This document shows, in pieces, positions 37,357 to 47,125 of a stretch of DNA of 64,000 bases. The position numbers and the translations under genes were made by a program. Below the pieces are notes generated by a model. The model saw nothing but the letters and a program-made list of their open reading frames with translations, ran no database searches and was not told where the DNA came from. Each line of letters opens with the position of its first letter. Position 1 is the stretch's first letter. Source of the DNA: an uncultured virus (IMG/VR IMGVR_UViG_3300025927_000001) (lineage: Duplodnaviria > Heunggongvirae > Uroviricota > Caudoviricetes); the IMG/VR virus record IMGVR_UViG_3300025927_000001. One strand, written 5' to 3'.

Positions 37357-37994
37357 TTGATCGCATCCTTGCGCTGGTCGGTGGTGAAAGCAGCCGACTG
37401 CCCGGAAGCGGCTGCAAAGACATAGGAGTTCATTGAGCCAACAGCTGATCGGGTGCCGTGGTCGGTGGCGGCGTAAGTCATTGTGCTGTCGGCGCGGATA
37501 CCCATCTTGGCTGCGGTTTCGATGGCGTCCTGGTTCGCACCCAAATAAACGATGTTCCAGCCGTAATCCTTTTCTTGACGCTGCACCATCGTTTTGATCT
37601 GAGGCCACGTGAATTCGCTGGACGCGTTTTCGACACCATCGGTCATGACCGCGAGGACCACCACACCGGGACGGTCGTCTTCGGGTAGCGCCGCTAGTTC
37701 CTCACCGAATTCGAGGATGGAACGGCCCATCGCGTCAAGTAGTGGCGTACCACCCCGCGGACTTAGGTGAAACGCCGCCATCCCAGCGGGGTCCATCGAT
37801 GGGCACACCGTGTCGTACCGGGTTTCGGATTGGTACCAGTCGAACTGCGCGATCCGGATGGTGCGTTTACCAGTGCTCTTGGCTTGGTCGGCGATGAATC
37901 CGTTGATCGCTTCTTCGGCTGATGTGCGGATCAAATCCATCGACCCGCTGCGGTCGATGACGAGCATCACCGCGCAATAGTCAGGGTTAGTCAC
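37353..37994 (-). CDS. vWA-domain protein
   Basis: MIDAS DRSGSM, PRGGTPLLDA, TDG.EN.S, YLGANQDA. Confidence 0.9.
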   Translation of the reverse strand: MTNPDYCAVMLVIDRSGSMDLIRTSAEEAINGFIADQAKSTGKRTIRIAQFDWYQSETRYDTVCPSMDPAGMAAFHLSPRGGTPLLDAMGRSILEFGEELAALPEDDRPGVVVLAVMTDGVENASSEFTWPQIKTMVQRQEKDYGWNIVYLGANQDAIETAAKMGIRADSTMTYAATDHGTRSAVGSMNSYVFAAASGQSAAFTTDQRKDAIK

Positions 37995-39454
37995 GTGTTT
38001 CTCCCTCGGCGGGGCGTCGGGTATTCATTCGTAAGTAGCATTCCGGGCGAATCTGGCGCCGGTTTACCGAGCAGGTTCGGTTTCATGTGAACCTTGCAAC
38101 CGGCCTCATGGGCCTGGTCGTGGATCCGTGCGACCCAGTCGAACGGTGGCGAGAACGCAGGCACCGTGCCTTTCCCTGGCTGGTGGGTTTCGCTTTGCGC
38201 ACCGATGACGACCCAATCGAACATGGAAAGGTCGGTGAACTCCAGGGGCTCGCGCAACGGTTCGAGGGACAGCCATTTGACTGCTGCGTCGATGTCTCGG
38301 AACGCGTCCTCGGCAATACGCACGCGTTTTTGTTCGTCGACTGAGGTGCCGACCCACGCGCCGGGTGGCATGTCCAAGCCGCTGTAGCGAGTCGGAAATT
38401 TCGTGAGCAGCAGGTAGTCCCACTCCGGGCTGGCGAGCATCGACGCGTGCACCTGAGTGATCCACTCGTCGGGTACCCACCGGCCGTAGAGGTCAGCCAT
38501 CGAGCACACGAACACTCGCCGGTACTCAGGGTCGTCGCGGTGAGCGGCGGGGATGGTGGTGTGCGCGGGCGCGTCGAGGCGTTCGTGATGAAATAGCGGG
38601 GTGAACCCAGCTGGGTAGCGGTCCTTCAGTCGGTCGCTCACTGCTCCTTCGCGGGCGTAGCAGTACTCGCAACCGTGAAGACACCCGGTGACTGGGTTCC
38701 ACGACCACGCAGCCCAAGAGATCCCGTCACCTTTAGTCGGATTGAATGTTGCTTTCCCTTTCGGCTGGGGGTAGGGGACGTCGATGCCGTCGTGGGTTTT
38801 CAGTGTGAGCATGACGGGCCCGGGCTTTTCGGTTGGTTTATCTTCCCGTAGGGCCGCGATTCGCTTTTTCCGTTGTTTGTCCGCGGCATCGAGCGCGACG
38901 TCGCCAGCGAGGACCTTCTTGTAGAGGTCGGGCGCATCACGTTTCACCGCCTTAGCTTGCTGCACACCACGCCCGGATCCGCCGGAGATCTTCGCGGCCT
39001 TCTCCCGAGACTTCCGCGCAATGGCTTGTTCCGTAGTAGACCGACTTTGTGGCAGATCTGCCACAAAGTCATTGAACGGCCGCAAGTCGCTACGGCGGCC
39101 TTGTGTTTCCTTCGCCGCCTTGGCGTAGAACTGTTCGTATTCCAGTCCGATGGCGTTGCGTTGACTCGGGTTGAGGTGTCGGCGGGCAATGTTTTTCGAC
39201 ACGATCAGATCGAGAATCTGCTGCTCGGTGCAGGAGGCCGGTAACGTCTCGAACACCGGGTCGACGGTCGCCTCCAGGCACGCTCGGTACCGGTTCCGGC
39301 CGTCGATCAGCGTCTTCTTGTCCGCCGATAGCGTGATGGGGTCGTTGAGGCCGTTTAGCTTGATGTCAGCTACCAGTCGGTCGAACTCTTCGCCCTCCAC
39401 GAGGGGGAACACGTCAGCAAAGGGATGCACCCGGTAGGGCCCGTACTGCTGCAC
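37991..39454 (-). CDS. ParB-like N-terminus fused to DUF5131 (Gp37/Gp68, radical-SAM-like) domain
   Basis: HPFA..FP…LIDGRNR…N..RRHL; WNPVTGCLHGCEYCYA, FVCSMADL, LTK, LSLEPL, DWVVIG. Confidence 0.88.
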   Translation of the reverse strand: MQQYGPYRVHPFADVFPLVEGEEFDRLVADIKLNGLNDPITLSADKKTLIDGRNRYRACLEATVDPVFETLPASCTEQQILDLIVSKNIARRHLNPSQRNAIGLEYEQFYAKAAKETQGRRSDLRPFNDFVADLPQSRSTTEQAIARKSREKAAKISGGSGRGVQQAKAVKRDAPDLYKKVLAGDVALDAADKQRKKRIAALREDKPTEKPGPVMLTLKTHDGIDVPYPQPKGKATFNPTKGDGISWAAWSWNPVTGCLHGCEYCYAREGAVSDRLKDRYPAGFTPLFHHERLDAPAHTTIPAAHRDDPEYRRVFVCSMADLYGRWVPDEWITQVHASMLASPEWDYLLLTKFPTRYSGLDMPPGAWVGTSVDEQKRVRIAEDAFRDIDAAVKWLSLEPLREPLEFTDLSMFDWVVIGAQSETHQPGKGTVPAFSPPFDWVARIHDQAHEAGCKVHMKPNLLGKPAPDSPGMLLTNEYPTPRRGRNT

Positions 39455-39456
39455 GA

Positions 39457-39705
39457 TCAGTTCTCCTTTCCGTGAAGTTCGCAGTGGCATGGATGGCATA
39501 CGGCGATTATGTTCTGGGGGACGTCGAATTCACCCCATGGCGGGTAGCGCAGGTGATGTGGTTCGGTTGGTCGCCGCGTTTTGCAGCGCTCGCACCGTCC
39601 GCCGGCGCGTTTGAATACTTCAGCCCTGATCTCCAGAAACCGGGGATGGTTAAGGTATTCACGGTAAGTTCGATATGGTTCATACGGCGTCTGGGTGACC
39701 ATCAC
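39457..39705 (-). CDS. Small HNH endonuclease-like protein
   Basis: CERC…HHL.Y…VC..CH…H. Confidence 0.75.
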   Translation of the reverse strand: MMVTQTPYEPYRTYREYLNHPRFLEIRAEVFKRAGGRCERCKTRRPTEPHHLRYPPWGEFDVPQNIIAVCHPCHCELHGKEN

Positions 39706-40589
39706 GCCAATCCCATCTCCCGGAGTTCTTGGCGTGTGTAAAACAGGGTCTGTTTCGTTGCCTCGAACGCCTCTCGGTCAGTGCGATACCAGCTCATCGC
39801 CACGGTGCGTCCCACGGTATTGAAAGCGGTGCGGACAACGCTCTCAGTTTTGCTGCGCCATTTACACGGTTGACTAATCAGGTACGCCCACTGGGCGTCG
39901 TCCCGTTCGATCGCCGTTAAGAGCAAGTCCCGGTACGGTGGTAGCGCACGCTCTTCACGCTCAACAAGTGCGAACCATTCGTCACGCTCAGGCCGTTTTG
40001 TGCGCTTCAACCCAACAGGATTGCATCCCATCGACGATAGGCTCCGGGACGCCCACGCGCGATCTTTGAGTTCCTGGGCGAAGGTCGGGCGCATGGCCCA
40101 CTCGGTAATGGCGTTCGGGTCGTTGAGGACGAGAACAGCGTCACGTTTACTGACGAATGACGAGTCAACATCCCACCCGCTGGCATTCCGTACCGCTAGC
40201 TCAATGAGCGAACCGCTCACAGTTTCCGCCGTCCACAGGCCGACGTCCTGGCGTGTGTAGCCCAGTTCGGGGAGCTGCTCATCAAGTTTGGCCAGCAATC
40301 GGTCATGCGTCGCCCGCTGAATCTCGGACATGGTTATACGCGCTGGGATTAAAAGGTTCTTAGCATGACTCGCGAGGATCCCCGGTGAGCATCCCGTCGT
40401 CCAAGTTGTGTCGTCGGCCGCGACCCCGTCCCCGGCTGTCTGATCGAACCAGACAGCTCGGCTGATGACGTCCCCGTATTTTTTGTTCAGCCCGGCTACC
40501 GCACCGACCTCTTGTCCTACGACGTTGCGCATCAGCGCGTGTTTCGCCACGGTTCGCCAGCTGCGACCGACGTCTAGTCGCTTAGTCAT
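39702..40589 (-). CDS. TcmP-like (three-Cys-motif partner) methyltransferase-fold protein
   Basis: T.AKH.L, D.TAGDG, SP, E, DP motifs; adjacent to DUF5131 gene. Confidence 0.6.
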   Translation of the reverse strand: MTKRLDVGRSWRTVAKHALMRNVVGQEVGAVAGLNKKYGDVISRAVWFDQTAGDGVAADDTTWTTGCSPGILASHAKNLLIPARITMSEIQRATHDRLLAKLDEQLPELGYTRQDVGLWTAETVSGSLIELAVRNASGWDVDSSFVSKRDAVLVLNDPNAITEWAMRPTFAQELKDRAWASRSLSSMGCNPVGLKRTKRPERDEWFALVEREERALPPYRDLLLTAIERDDAQWAYLISQPCKWRSKTESVVRTAFNTVGRTVAMSWYRTDREAFEATKQTLFYTRQELREMGLA

Positions 40590-41727
40590 CTCCGGGGCCG
40601 CCGAGTTCGGCGAGAGTGTGAATGAGGTCGCCGTCGTCTTTGTGGTTTTGGAGGAAATCGTTGATCGTGGTGACTTCACTGCCGGTGAGCTGGTCGAAAC
40701 TTGTGACAGGCGTCGCGGGGGGCATCTTGAGGATTCGACTGACAATGCGCAGCCGCATTGCCCGGTCGGATCCGTTGACCCCACCGTCGCGCAGCAACGC
40801 GAATAGGCGGTTCCGCTGGGTTTTCTCGGCTGGTCCGCTGTCGCCGGACACGGTCTCGTCGACCACGCACGCGTTAACGGCCGGTTCGGATGTTGGAGGC
40901 TCTGCCGCGAGGGCGGCTTTGACGCGCTCACCGGCGGTGGCGATGCGTTCCAGCAACTGCCCATCATTGGGTCGTAGTCCGCGAGCGAGTTTCCAGATCT
41001 CGCCGAGCGCGGGCCGGTCCTGACGGTTCTCGGCGTTGACGATCATTGTGTCCCAGTCGGGGTCTTGGTCCTGTTGTCGCTGCGGGGAATCAATGACCAT
41101 CGGGTTCCTCGGGTTTTCGAGGTGCCCCATCTCCTCGTCGGTGTAAATGCCGCCCAAATCTTGCGGAAATAAACGGCGACGGGCGGCTGATTCCGCGCAC
41201 TTCGCCAACTGCCCCGCTGCTTTTGTTTTCCAAATATGATTCGGTTCGCCGTCGAATTTCGTTTGGACGTATTCGCGGTAGTGCGCGATGCCTTGGACGG
41301 GATTAGCGTGGTCTTTGCGCATCACGGTGAAGCGGGCGGCTACTGGTGGGTTGTCGTTGTCGGTCCACACGTCGCGCCACACGCCATCGGGCCCACACCA
41401 TTCCGCTGCGGGGTTTCCTTCGCCGGCGTACCGGTTGTCCCGTTCGCAGAACACCCGGAACCCGTCAACCCCGGTTTGGATGGTCCACTTTTTCCCGGTC
41501 GGTGAGTCCCGGTCCTTACGTGCGATCAGATAGATCTGTCGGGCGAAGGGGTCCAAGCCGACGCGTTGGCACACGTGGAGGAAAACTTGCTGGTCGCCGG
41601 GTGGTGCGTCAGCGATCCCGATTTGGTCGAGCGCGGCGCGTTGTGCTGGTGTCCAGTCGATTTGGTCCCCGCGGAGCGCCAACGTGCCACTTTGGCCGGT
41701 TTGGGTGGCCACTTCGGTACCGGTCAT
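40582..41727 (-). CDS. Bet/RecT-family ssDNA annealing recombinase
   Basis: F…C…GLDPFARQIY, IQTGVDGFR, W…QLAKCAE..A.R..FP.DLGGIY..EEM. Confidence 0.92.
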   Translation of the reverse strand: MTGTEVATQTGQSGTLALRGDQIDWTPAQRAALDQIGIADAPPGDQQVFLHVCQRVGLDPFARQIYLIARKDRDSPTGKKWTIQTGVDGFRVFCERDNRYAGEGNPAAEWCGPDGVWRDVWTDNDNPPVAARFTVMRKDHANPVQGIAHYREYVQTKFDGEPNHIWKTKAAGQLAKCAESAARRRLFPQDLGGIYTDEEMGHLENPRNPMVIDSPQRQQDQDPDWDTMIVNAENRQDRPALGEIWKLARGLRPNDGQLLERIATAGERVKAALAAEPPTSEPAVNACVVDETVSGDSGPAEKTQRNRLFALLRDGGVNGSDRAMRLRIVSRILKMPPATPVTSFDQLTGSEVTTINDFLQNHKDDGDLIHTLAELGGPGDD

Positions 41728-41803
41728 GCGACACACCCGTTCGAGTTCGGTAAGGCGACCTTTTCGAAAAACCGCTGCTTGATGGGAACTCGCTTTCTTC
41801 CTG

Positions 41804-42805
41804 TCATGCCGACTCCCATCCGCGGACGATCCGAATGTGGCGGTGTGTACCGCGTTTTACGTAGGCTTCCCAAATGTCGGGGTGGTCGTATTCCAGCGCG
41901 GGCATCACCCTTGGGGGGTTCTGCTGGGTTTTCAGTGTCATCACCGGCCGGTCACCGACTAGTAGGGCCTCGGCGTCCCCGGCCATCACTTTCAGTGCCT
42001 GGTCGATTTCCTTTTTCCGTTTCGTGGCTTCGGCTTCGAGTTTCAGCACTTCGGCGCGTTCGGCGAGCAGTGTGCGTAAATGCGCCGGCCATTCCGCTGT
42101 TTTCGTGGTGCCTGGTTGTTCTGTGGGCCACCGCAACGCGATCTCTTCGTCAGTGATCGTGTCCAGGTCGATTGGTGGTGGTTGGTCACCGACAACGTGC
42201 GTTTCCCACCACAGCGACACACGTTTGCGCATCCGGTCGATCAGGGCGTCGTCACGTTCCAGCGGCCCACGAATTTGCGGTTCTTGGTCGATGGCGTACG
42301 CGCAAAGCCATAGGTGCGTGCGGCCGGTGACCATCAGCTGCCATTGGCCTTGGACGTAAGCATTCCGCGCGATCCCACCGTCACGCCATTCTTTACCGAC
42401 TTTCGCGAAAGCGCCTAAGGTTTTCACCTCAAGGCAGCCGCCGTCGTCGGTGAGCCGATCGGGGGTGGCCCGTAGGATTGGGGTTTCCCGGTTGGCGACG
42501 AGGCCGCATCGCCGGACTCCGACTTTGGTTTCTTCCGCGAAGTAATCCACTACGTGGCCCTCAAGCCAATTGCCGCGTCGCATCGCTTCGGTTTGTTCCT
42601 GATGTTGTGCCCTACCCGTTTTGTCCAGCCAAAGTTCGTACTCGGTTCCGTAGGCTGATACTCCCATCAGCAGTGGGACGTCGCTGCCACCGATTCCTTT
42701 GCGGCGTTCGTCGAGCCACTGGTCGCGTGGTGCGTCAGCGGGTAGAACGAGTTGACCATCGGGCATGGCCCACGGATTAACGGGTTTGACTTTGGGTGTG
42801 GTCAT
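41804..42805 (-). CDS. YqaJ-like viral recombination exonuclease
   Basis: WL..RR.GIGGSD, G..LE, ATPDR, LEVKT, Q.QWQL.VTG. Confidence 0.92.
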   Translation of the reverse strand: MTTPKVKPVNPWAMPDGQLVLPADAPRDQWLDERRKGIGGSDVPLLMGVSAYGTEYELWLDKTGRAQHQEQTEAMRRGNWLEGHVVDYFAEETKVGVRRCGLVANRETPILRATPDRLTDDGGCLEVKTLGAFAKVGKEWRDGGIARNAYVQGQWQLMVTGRTHLWLCAYAIDQEPQIRGPLERDDALIDRMRKRVSLWWETHVVGDQPPPIDLDTITDEEIALRWPTEQPGTTKTAEWPAHLRTLLAERAEVLKLEAEATKRKKEIDQALKVMAGDAEALLVGDRPVMTLKTQQNPPRVMPALEYDHPDIWEAYVKRGTHRHIRIVRGWESA

Positions 42806-43242
42806 TGTGGTGCGCCCACGATCATGTTGAGGCTGGTGGCGACGATGTCGAGGAGCGCACACACGTTGTCAGTGAATTCTTCGTCGTTGGCGATGGATTC
42901 GTATAGTGCGGCGCATGCTGGTTCGTCGAGGGCGGCCCTCGCGGCAATGAACCGACCTGCCCACCGCAGCGGCGGTGGTACGTCGTCAGCGAAAAGCGTG
43001 GTGTCACCGGACGGGTCGACCCACATGGGTAGGACCATTGCGTCTTGCTGTGGTTTGGCGTCTTGGTGGATCAGGAGGGTGTCAGCTAAGCCGAGCAGGA
43101 ACAGCTGGATGCCTTCGCCGCCTTCGTAGTTGTCGTGCAGCTCTTGAACGGCTTCACCAGCTCGGGACCAGTCTTTGACTCTCGCGTAGGCCAGTGCTTT
43201 CGCGCCGGTCCGTATCGCGGCGTCGCGTTGTTCGGAGTTCAT
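42802..43242 (-). CDS. Hypothetical protein
   Basis: GGAGG RBS; coupled ORF. Confidence 0.6.
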   Translation of the reverse strand: MNSEQRDAAIRTGAKALAYARVKDWSRAGEAVQELHDNYEGGEGIQLFLLGLADTLLIHQDAKPQQDAMVLPMWVDPSGDTTLFADDVPPPLRWAGRFIAARAALDEPACAALYESIANDEEFTDNVCALLDIVATSLNMIVGAPQ

Positions 43243-43450
43243 GCTGAGAACACCTCCGCGGCGTGCACCGCTGCTGCGCGTAGCTCCGTCCAGATCCGGT
43301 GGACAACACCAGCGGTGCGGTGGTGGCGGCCACGGCACCGCGTACCAGCTCGGAGGGTTCCGTGGCCTTCCCGGGTGAGGATTTCGTTGACGGCCATCAG
43401 GCCGCGTTTAGGTACCCGCCGTTTGATGGTGATAGGTCTTTTGATGGCTT

Positions 43451-44320
43451 TCATGCGGCGTTACCCCATTCCGGCAAACGGTTAGTCTGGCGCCGTTTGT
43501 TGTGTAGATTGACGAGGATTTCGGCCATGGCGTCGGAGATGAGGCCACCTCGAATGTCTCTGAGCTGTTTGGCTTTGCCGATCAGGTTCAGTGGGCCGCC
43601 TTCGAGTTTCCCGAGTTCGGTGATGAGCTTCGGGTGGTCCAGGTGCGGGTGTTTGCGCAGCAGCGCACCTAACCCGGATACGATTTCAGCGCGGAGACCA
43701 TTCGATTCGTGTCCCCACGCGTGGGTCGCGACCCGAAGTAGTGCATCGCACGTTTCAATGTCTTTACCGGGGGGTTTGTTGTAAACCTTCTCCAACGCAC
43801 CGACCGCATAGAATGAGCCTTGGGCTTGTGCTTTGCGGATGGTCCAGCCGTGTGATTGGAGTAGCTCGTTCAGTGTGCAGGCAACGGGATCACCTTCAAC
43901 GATACGAACCCGGAATTTATCCAAAACTTGGATTTGGCGTGTGTTGTTGAGTCGGCGCCACATCGCTGCTTCGTCAGCGCGGGACAACCCTTTCCAGAGC
44001 ACGCATCGCACGGGGATGGTGTCTTTGCCGATGACGCGCATCGCTGCGATACGGTGCTGGCCGTCAACGATGTGCTGCGTACCGTCGGGGCGTTCGCTAA
44101 CGGTGATCACGTTCAGTGAGTCGACTTCGAAGTCGGCTGCGATTTGCGCGACCCGAACCCCATCGAGGGGGCGTTGCACAGTGTGGTCGACGGTGAGCAA
44201 CGCCGGCTCGATTTCCATCACGACGGACGTTGCCGCGGGGTTTTTTGACACGGGTCGTCTCGCTTCGAGTTCCATAGCTGAAGACGGCGGTGCCTTAGCC
44301 TTGGTCGTTGGGGCGGTCAT
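43451..44320 (-). CDS. ParB/Srx-like protein (DUF6551-like)
   Basis: D..VQR.L…VS.R…IVDGQHR..A…EA…LN. Confidence 0.8.
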   Translation of the reverse strand: MTAPTTKAKAPPSSAMELEARRPVSKNPAATSVVMEIEPALLTVDHTVQRPLDGVRVAQIAADFEVDSLNVITVSERPDGTQHIVDGQHRIAAMRVIGKDTIPVRCVLWKGLSRADEAAMWRRLNNTRQIQVLDKFRVRIVEGDPVACTLNELLQSHGWTIRKAQAQGSFYAVGALEKVYNKPPGKDIETCDALLRVATHAWGHESNGLRAEIVSGLGALLRKHPHLDHPKLITELGKLEGGPLNLIGKAKQLRDIRGGLISDAMAEILVNLHNKRRQTNRLPEWGNAA

Positions 44321-45165
44321 CCGCTACGCTCCTTGAGCAGTAGTTGCAGTTGTCGGATTGCTTTGGCTCGCCGGGACAGGTCGCTCCTCCACTGGGCGGC
44401 CTGTTTTGGTGTCAGGGCCGGATCAAGACCCTCAGCGCTGGCTAAAACCATCGCTAGACCATCGAGTGAGTCGGCGAGAACTCGCAACGTGGTTTCTTGG
44501 ACATAGCGATAGCGGGCTTCGCGCCGGGTGATAGGCGCGACTGGATCGTCGAATGGACCACCTGGGCGACCCAACTCCCTAGCGTTGGCGCCTTCTTTGA
44601 CGCGGGTAACGAAAATGTTTTGCTCGGCCGGTGAAAGTAATGCGACACGGGCCGCGGTGGTGAGTTGCACGCTTTCGTTCGCGGTGAGTTCTTTCAACGC
44701 CGGGATACCGGATCGGACTACCCTTTTGGCGCGGTCCAGGGACCCGATACTGACCCCGAGGAGTCGTTCAGCTTGTTTACGGGTGGGCGGTAGATGTACC
44801 CGGTCTGATATTGAGATCGAGGTGCGGCCTTTGGGGCGGTCGGCGAGTTCAGCGGCGATCATCGCCCGGTGCGAGTGGGTGAGTTTGCGGCGGTGCAGGT
44901 TCGCGCCGATCGAGAACAGCCACGGGTCACCGCGGTGGACCACGAACCGTGGGTCGGTTCCGGTTTCCTGGCAGGCCCGCCACCGGCTACGACCGTCGAG
45001 TAGCGCACCGGATGGGGTCCGCGCTATCGGTGTCGTCAACCCGTTTTTGCGGATGTCCGCGACCAGGCTGGCGTAGTCCTGGTCACTCATCAGCGGGAAC
45101 AGCTCAGCCGCGGGGTGTACCGGCAGGGCCGTCCCGGCCCACGCTGGGGGCAATGTCGTGGTCAT
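44317..45165 (-). CDS. ParB-like N-terminal domain protein
   Basis: HPAAELFPLM…L..DI..NGL..PI…LLDGR.R..AC…NL.RR.L. Confidence 0.82.
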   Translation of the reverse strand: MTTTLPPAWAGTALPVHPAAELFPLMSDQDYASLVADIRKNGLTTPIARTPSGALLDGRSRWRACQETGTDPRFVVHRGDPWLFSIGANLHRRKLTHSHRAMIAAELADRPKGRTSISISDRVHLPPTRKQAERLLGVSIGSLDRAKRVVRSGIPALKELTANESVQLTTAARVALLSPAEQNIFVTRVKEGANARELGRPGGPFDDPVAPITRREARYRYVQETTLRVLADSLDGLAMVLASAEGLDPALTPKQAAQWRSDLSRRAKAIRQLQLLLKERSG

Positions 45166-45446
45166 GCGGCCCGCCACACGAGGTAGGCCAGGGAACCGAC
45201 CGCGAGGACCGTGCCGACACCGATCAGTAGGCACGCGGCGAGGACGGTGACCGCGTTGAGTACCAGTGCCAAAGCGACACCCAGCGCGGCACCCACGCCG
45301 ATGGTCGCGACCACCAGGGCAACAGCTGACGCGAACGCGTGCTGGTTGACGTGGTCATCTAGCACTAGTTCTTCTAAGGAGCGGATCTCGTCGATCCATG
45401 CGGCGAAACTGGGGTCGTCGTCGGGTGGGATGTGTGCGCGCATCAC
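45162..45446 (-). CDS. Membrane protein
   Basis: Two C-terminal TM segments. Confidence 0.55.
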   Translation of the reverse strand: MMRAHIPPDDDPSFAAWIDEIRSLEELVLDDHVNQHAFASAVALVVATIGVGAALGVALALVLNAVTVLAACLLIGVGTVLAVGSLAYLVWRAA

Positions 45447-45856
45447 GCACCACCTGTTGCGGCGACCGCCCGAAGGTGCGCTGCGGTGGTAGTCCAGATC
45501 ACTGCTTCGTCGAGTGGTCGCGCGGCGAGGGACTGCAAGAACGCGACGCGGGCCCCGTACTGGACGATGGTTTTCACGGTGACCGTGAGCCCATCAGTCG
45601 TCCCCGAAACCGTGAGGCGAGTAACTCCAGCGACGTCATCCAGGTCGGTCACTTCGATGGTCGAGTCAGCCAGCGCGTCGGCGGCGTCCGCGATGGTGGT
45701 CAGCGCTTGGAAACCGCCGGGAATACCAGAGGTCAGCTCGGCTTCTAGGTCGTCGGCGTATTCGAGGTAGTCGATGGGGATGTTGGGATGGCGCGTTAAC
45801 CAGTCCGCCAAGGCGGTGATGGCGGTGCGGAAGCTGGTCGCGGTGGTGGTGGGCAT
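45443..45856 (-). CDS. Hypothetical protein
   Basis: Coupled ORF. Confidence 0.55.
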   Translation of the reverse strand: MPTTTATSFRTAITALADWLTRHPNIPIDYLEYADDLEAELTSGIPGGFQALTTIADAADALADSTIEVTDLDDVAGVTRLTVSGTTDGLTVTVKTIVQYGARVAFLQSLAARPLDEAVIWTTTAAHLRAVAATGGA

Positions 45857-45862
45857 CGCGGT

Positions 45863-46141
45863 CTACCCGGCTAGCGCTTTGATGGCGTGGGGCCGGTCAC
45901 CGCCGTTGCGTCTGGCTTTCGCGCGTTGTTCGCGGACTTTGGCTGCTTCGGCGCGTTGCCGGGCGAGGTAGTCGTTGATCTCTTCGGGTTCGATCCATGA
46001 CTTACCGCCGTGCCTGATCGCCGCGAGCCTGCCGTCAACGATCATGCGGTAGATCGAGTTCTCTGACAGTGCGAGAGCCTTCGCGGCCATAGGCACGGTC
46101 ATCAGCCCAGCTAGGGGGTTGTATGTGGTGGCGTCGTCCAT
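45863..46141 (-). CDS. Excisionase/MerR-like HTH DNA-binding protein
   Basis: LMTV..AA..L..S…IYR.I..G.L.A…G. Confidence 0.8.
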   Translation of the reverse strand: MDDATTYNPLAGLMTVPMAAKALALSENSIYRMIVDGRLAAIRHGGKSWIEPEEINDYLARQRAEAAKVREQRAKARRNGGDRPHAIKALAG

Positions 46142-46416
46142 GACGCGATAGCCCTCCCTCATCTAGGGCGCTACCAGGCACTAGTGGGTGAGGGGTTCGA
46201 TCCCGGAGGGGCCACCGCGCGTGCGCGTGCTGGTGTGGTGACTACTCCGGGTTGATCCTTGGTTAACGCTCCGTGTCTGGTAGCGACAGGAAGAGGATCA
46301 CGGCACGACACGCCGTGTGTCAAGTTTCGACAAAAAGTCGGTTAATTGTGCTACAAGCTGACACGCGCTGAGAGTGTGTGAGACTGTGTGGTGGACAGCG
46401 CGAGAGGACGGCAGGC

Positions 46417-46794
46417 ATGGCCGTAGAGCAGCTACAGGAGCTGAAGGACAGGTACGCTCCCGGCGAGAGCGTCGCGGAGCTGTGCCGCAAAGCCGGTGTG
46501 CCATACAACCGGGTGGCCTACTACCTGCGGCCCGACTTCCAGCTACGTAAGCCGCCCACGTGGACCCGGATGACCGAAATCGCAAAGGTCTTCGGGTGCG
46601 ACAAGAACGAGGTCAAGCGAGCCTTTGACGCCGCCATGGCAGCCGTGGACCCCGGGTACTTCGGGGATAGCGGCGACGACCTACCGGCCGATGGTGAAGA
46701 TAGGCTGATCACGGCCTGGCGGAACCTCAGCAAGGATGACCAAGCCCGGGTAGTTGTGATCGCCGAGGCCCTAGGCGAGATAAGCGGCAGATAG
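46417..46794 (+). CDS. Putative immunity repressor (HTH)
   Basis: Divergent from early operon; SVAEL.RKAGV HTH-like segment. Confidence 0.6.
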   Translation: MAVEQLQELKDRYAPGESVAELCRKAGVPYNRVAYYLRPDFQLRKPPTWTRMTEIAKVFGCDKNEVKRAFDAAMAAVDPGYFGDSGDDLPADGEDRLITAWRNLSKDDQARVVVIAEALGEISGR

Positions 46795-46891
46795 CAGCCC
46801 CCCCCCCAACCGAGTAACGCGCCAGGTTAAAGTCCGCGTTAAGATCCGCAGTGGCGCAGGACGCCATGCGGAATCAGGGTGGGGGTGTGCA

Positions 46892-47125
46892 GTGGAGCCG
46901 GTAGACAGACCCACCGTGCTGCTGGAACTCGACCCCGACATCACCGCTGGCCTGAAACAGGCCCTGCTGCGCAAAGTGGGGGGCACCGACGTCAACGGCA
47001 TAGTGATCGTCGCTGAAACCGACACCGCGGTCGCTGTCCTCACCGCCGACTGGGTATCACCCGAAGTTCAGGCGTACATGATCAAAGTCGCCTACGGTGT
47101 CGTGGTGGACGGCAAGACGACCTAA
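46892..47125 (+). CDS. Hypothetical protein
   Basis: Protein-like ORF. Confidence 0.45.
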   Translation: MEPVDRPTVLLELDPDITAGLKQALLRKVGGTDVNGIVIVAETDTAVAVLTADWVSPEVQAYMIKVAYGVVVDGKTT

